Shown: positions 62,280 to 64,000 of the stretch, in pieces | How the letters are laid out: every line of letters starts with the position of its first letter | Position numbering within the stretch: position 1 is the stretch's first letter | Assembly (NCBI RefSeq): GCF_021869535.1 | Contig: NW_026262674.1 | Location: forward strand, 2,108,001 to 2,172,000 | DNA from: Mytilus californianus | Taxonomy: Eukaryota | Reading direction: 5' to 3' | Length of the DNA: 64,000 bases | The notes under the pieces: model-generated | What the model saw: the letters and a program-made list of their open reading frames with translations, nothing else | Told to the model about the DNA's origin: nothing | The model's database searches: none | Translations under genes and position numbers: made by a program

Positions 62280-64000
62280 AAACAAATGAATTTTCTTTAT
62301 TGGAACTTATACAAATAAAGTCTCCTGTTATCATGTTTCCATCTTGAGCGAACAGTTATGTTAATAATACATGTAATAATAGTACTTTTTAAGTAACTGT
62401 TTATTTTGAGGTCCTATTTGTATTTCGTGTTTTAGTCTTGTGGGAAAATGCTAAAAATTTCCAAAAACCTTTTATGTAAAATTTTAGTATTTATAAATAA
62501 TAACACAAAAAGCTCTTACATTGTAACGTAGAGCTGCGATTAAAACATATTTTGAAATTGTTTTGTTCGAAATTGGACATACTTCCTTTTATTCAGTATT
62601 CTATCAAGATGAAGCTTTATGTGTTGTATGTGACCTCTACTATTACGAATAAATAATGATGTTGAGGTCATGTCAATGAGACAACAAAACATAACAACTA
62701 AATATTCAGCAATATAGAAGACAATAATCAAAACTATTTGTCAATGGCCAGGCATCTGTACAACATCAAGATTGAAATAGAACAAGAATATTTCTATGGA
62801 ACACACATTCCCTCGCTTGTGAATATACTGCATATTCCATGTATTCGGCAATTTGTCCATTTATAAAGGGATATAACTTTAGAACGGTGAAAGTTATGCC
62901 ACCAAATACGAACTTGATATGTGTTTGGTGGTATTAAATAATGTGTATACCTTTCATAACATTTGATTGAGGATAGATTTTTCATTTAAAAAGTGAGATA
63001 ACTCTGGAACTATGAAAGTGACGCCACCAAAAGTTGAAACTGATCTGTCTTTGGAAATAATAAGCATTGTGTATACATTTCATATAATTTGGTTGAAGCA
63101 AACTAAAGTTGGTGGAGTTTGTGCGGCTCAGTCTTTAGTTTTTTATGTTGTGTTGGGTATATTGTTGTTTGTCTTTTGGGCTTTTTCTTTTTTTTCCATA
63201 GCGTTGTCAGTTTAATTAAAACATATGAGTTTGAATGTCCCTTTGGTATATTTTAAGATTCAAGATTCATAGTTTTATATACAGACAATAACTGTCATAA
63301 ACACAAGCTATAGTGAGCTTTTCAAGGCGACTATCTTTTAGAGAACGGAATCTAATTTTGGACGTCCGGTCGTACAGACGGACAAGGGTAAAACTCAATG
63401 CCTCATTCACCTTAGTGGCGGGGGCAACCAAATGTTATAGACTATTTAACACTATTTCACAATGGTTTACTTCATAATTTTGCGTTTTTTGTCTCATTAT
63501 CATGATTATAAAAAAGAAGATGTGGTATGAGTGTCAATGAGACAACTCTAACAATGTCACAATGTATAAAAAACAATTATAGGTCAAAGTACGGCCTTCA
63601 ACACGGAGCCTTGGCTCACACCGAACAGCAAGCTATAAAGGACCTCAAAATTACTAGTGTGAAACAATTCAAACAAGAAAACCAACGGTCTATATAAATA
63701 ATAAGATGTGGTATGAGTGCCATTAAGACAACTCTCCATCCAAGTCACAATGTATAAAAAGTAAACAATTATAGGTCAAAGTATGGCCTTCAACACGGAG
63801 CCTCGTCTAACACTGAGTAGCAAACTATAAAGGACATCACCATGACTAGTGTGAAATAATTCAAACAGGAAAACTAACGGTCTAATATTCTATATATAAA
63901 ACTATATAAAAAAAGGGAAACGAGAAACACCTATGAACCACACCAACAAACGAAAACCACTGAACAACAGGCTCCTGACTTGATAGTACTAGCAAAAACT
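62280..64000 (+). repeat. Segmental duplicate of window positions ~10-1254 (the 3' flank of the gene)
   Basis: Collinear blocks, e.g. tatacaaataaagtctc, catctgtacaacatca..ttgaaatagaa, ttttgcgtttttgtg/tctcat and the terminal tagtactagcaaaaact, each copy with its own insertions. Confidence 0.85.
63510..63983 (+). repeat. High-copy dispersed family (aagaagatgtggtatgagtgccaatgagacaac...), here in tandem; other copies ~40-120, 3050-3345, 8100-8240, 10860-11090, 13257-13390, 16636-16750, 18660-19070, 56040-56240
   Basis: Near-identical ~150-400 bp segments recurring in both orientations. Confidence 0.7.

Overview
AT-rich eukaryotic DNA. The repeat families look like those of a bivalve such as Mytilus (inference). 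The main feature is a minus-strand spliced gene that the ORF track shows only in fragments. By reading splice sites I reconstructed 20 phase-compatible GT-AG exons from 34704 down to 1351 (1983 nt: 660 aa plus stop). They encode a Cys-rich mosaic protein: WAP x4, antistasin-like, an unassigned 4-Cys Pro-rich module, Kunitz, antistasin-like, lustrin-type Cys module, antistasin-like x2, lustrin-type, antistasin-like, lustrin-type x2, basic WAP. The signal-peptide exon was not securely found. Two of the gene's own splice junctions have been tandemly amplified: an 88-bp repeat of the Kunitz acceptor and a ~1.35-kb minisatellite carrying ~38 copies of the first WAP donor. Just upstream is a 13-kb, 51/52-bp satellite with higher-order structure, whose gene-sense strand is a polypyrimidine-CAG array. 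The window also holds a decayed Penelope-like RT, CACTA-, Harbinger- and Mutator-type non-autonomous elements, an unusual 2.2-kb composite insertion and SINEs. The gene's 3' flank is duplicated at the far end of the window, which predicts a paralogue just beyond 64000. All calls come from manual reading; no searches were run.
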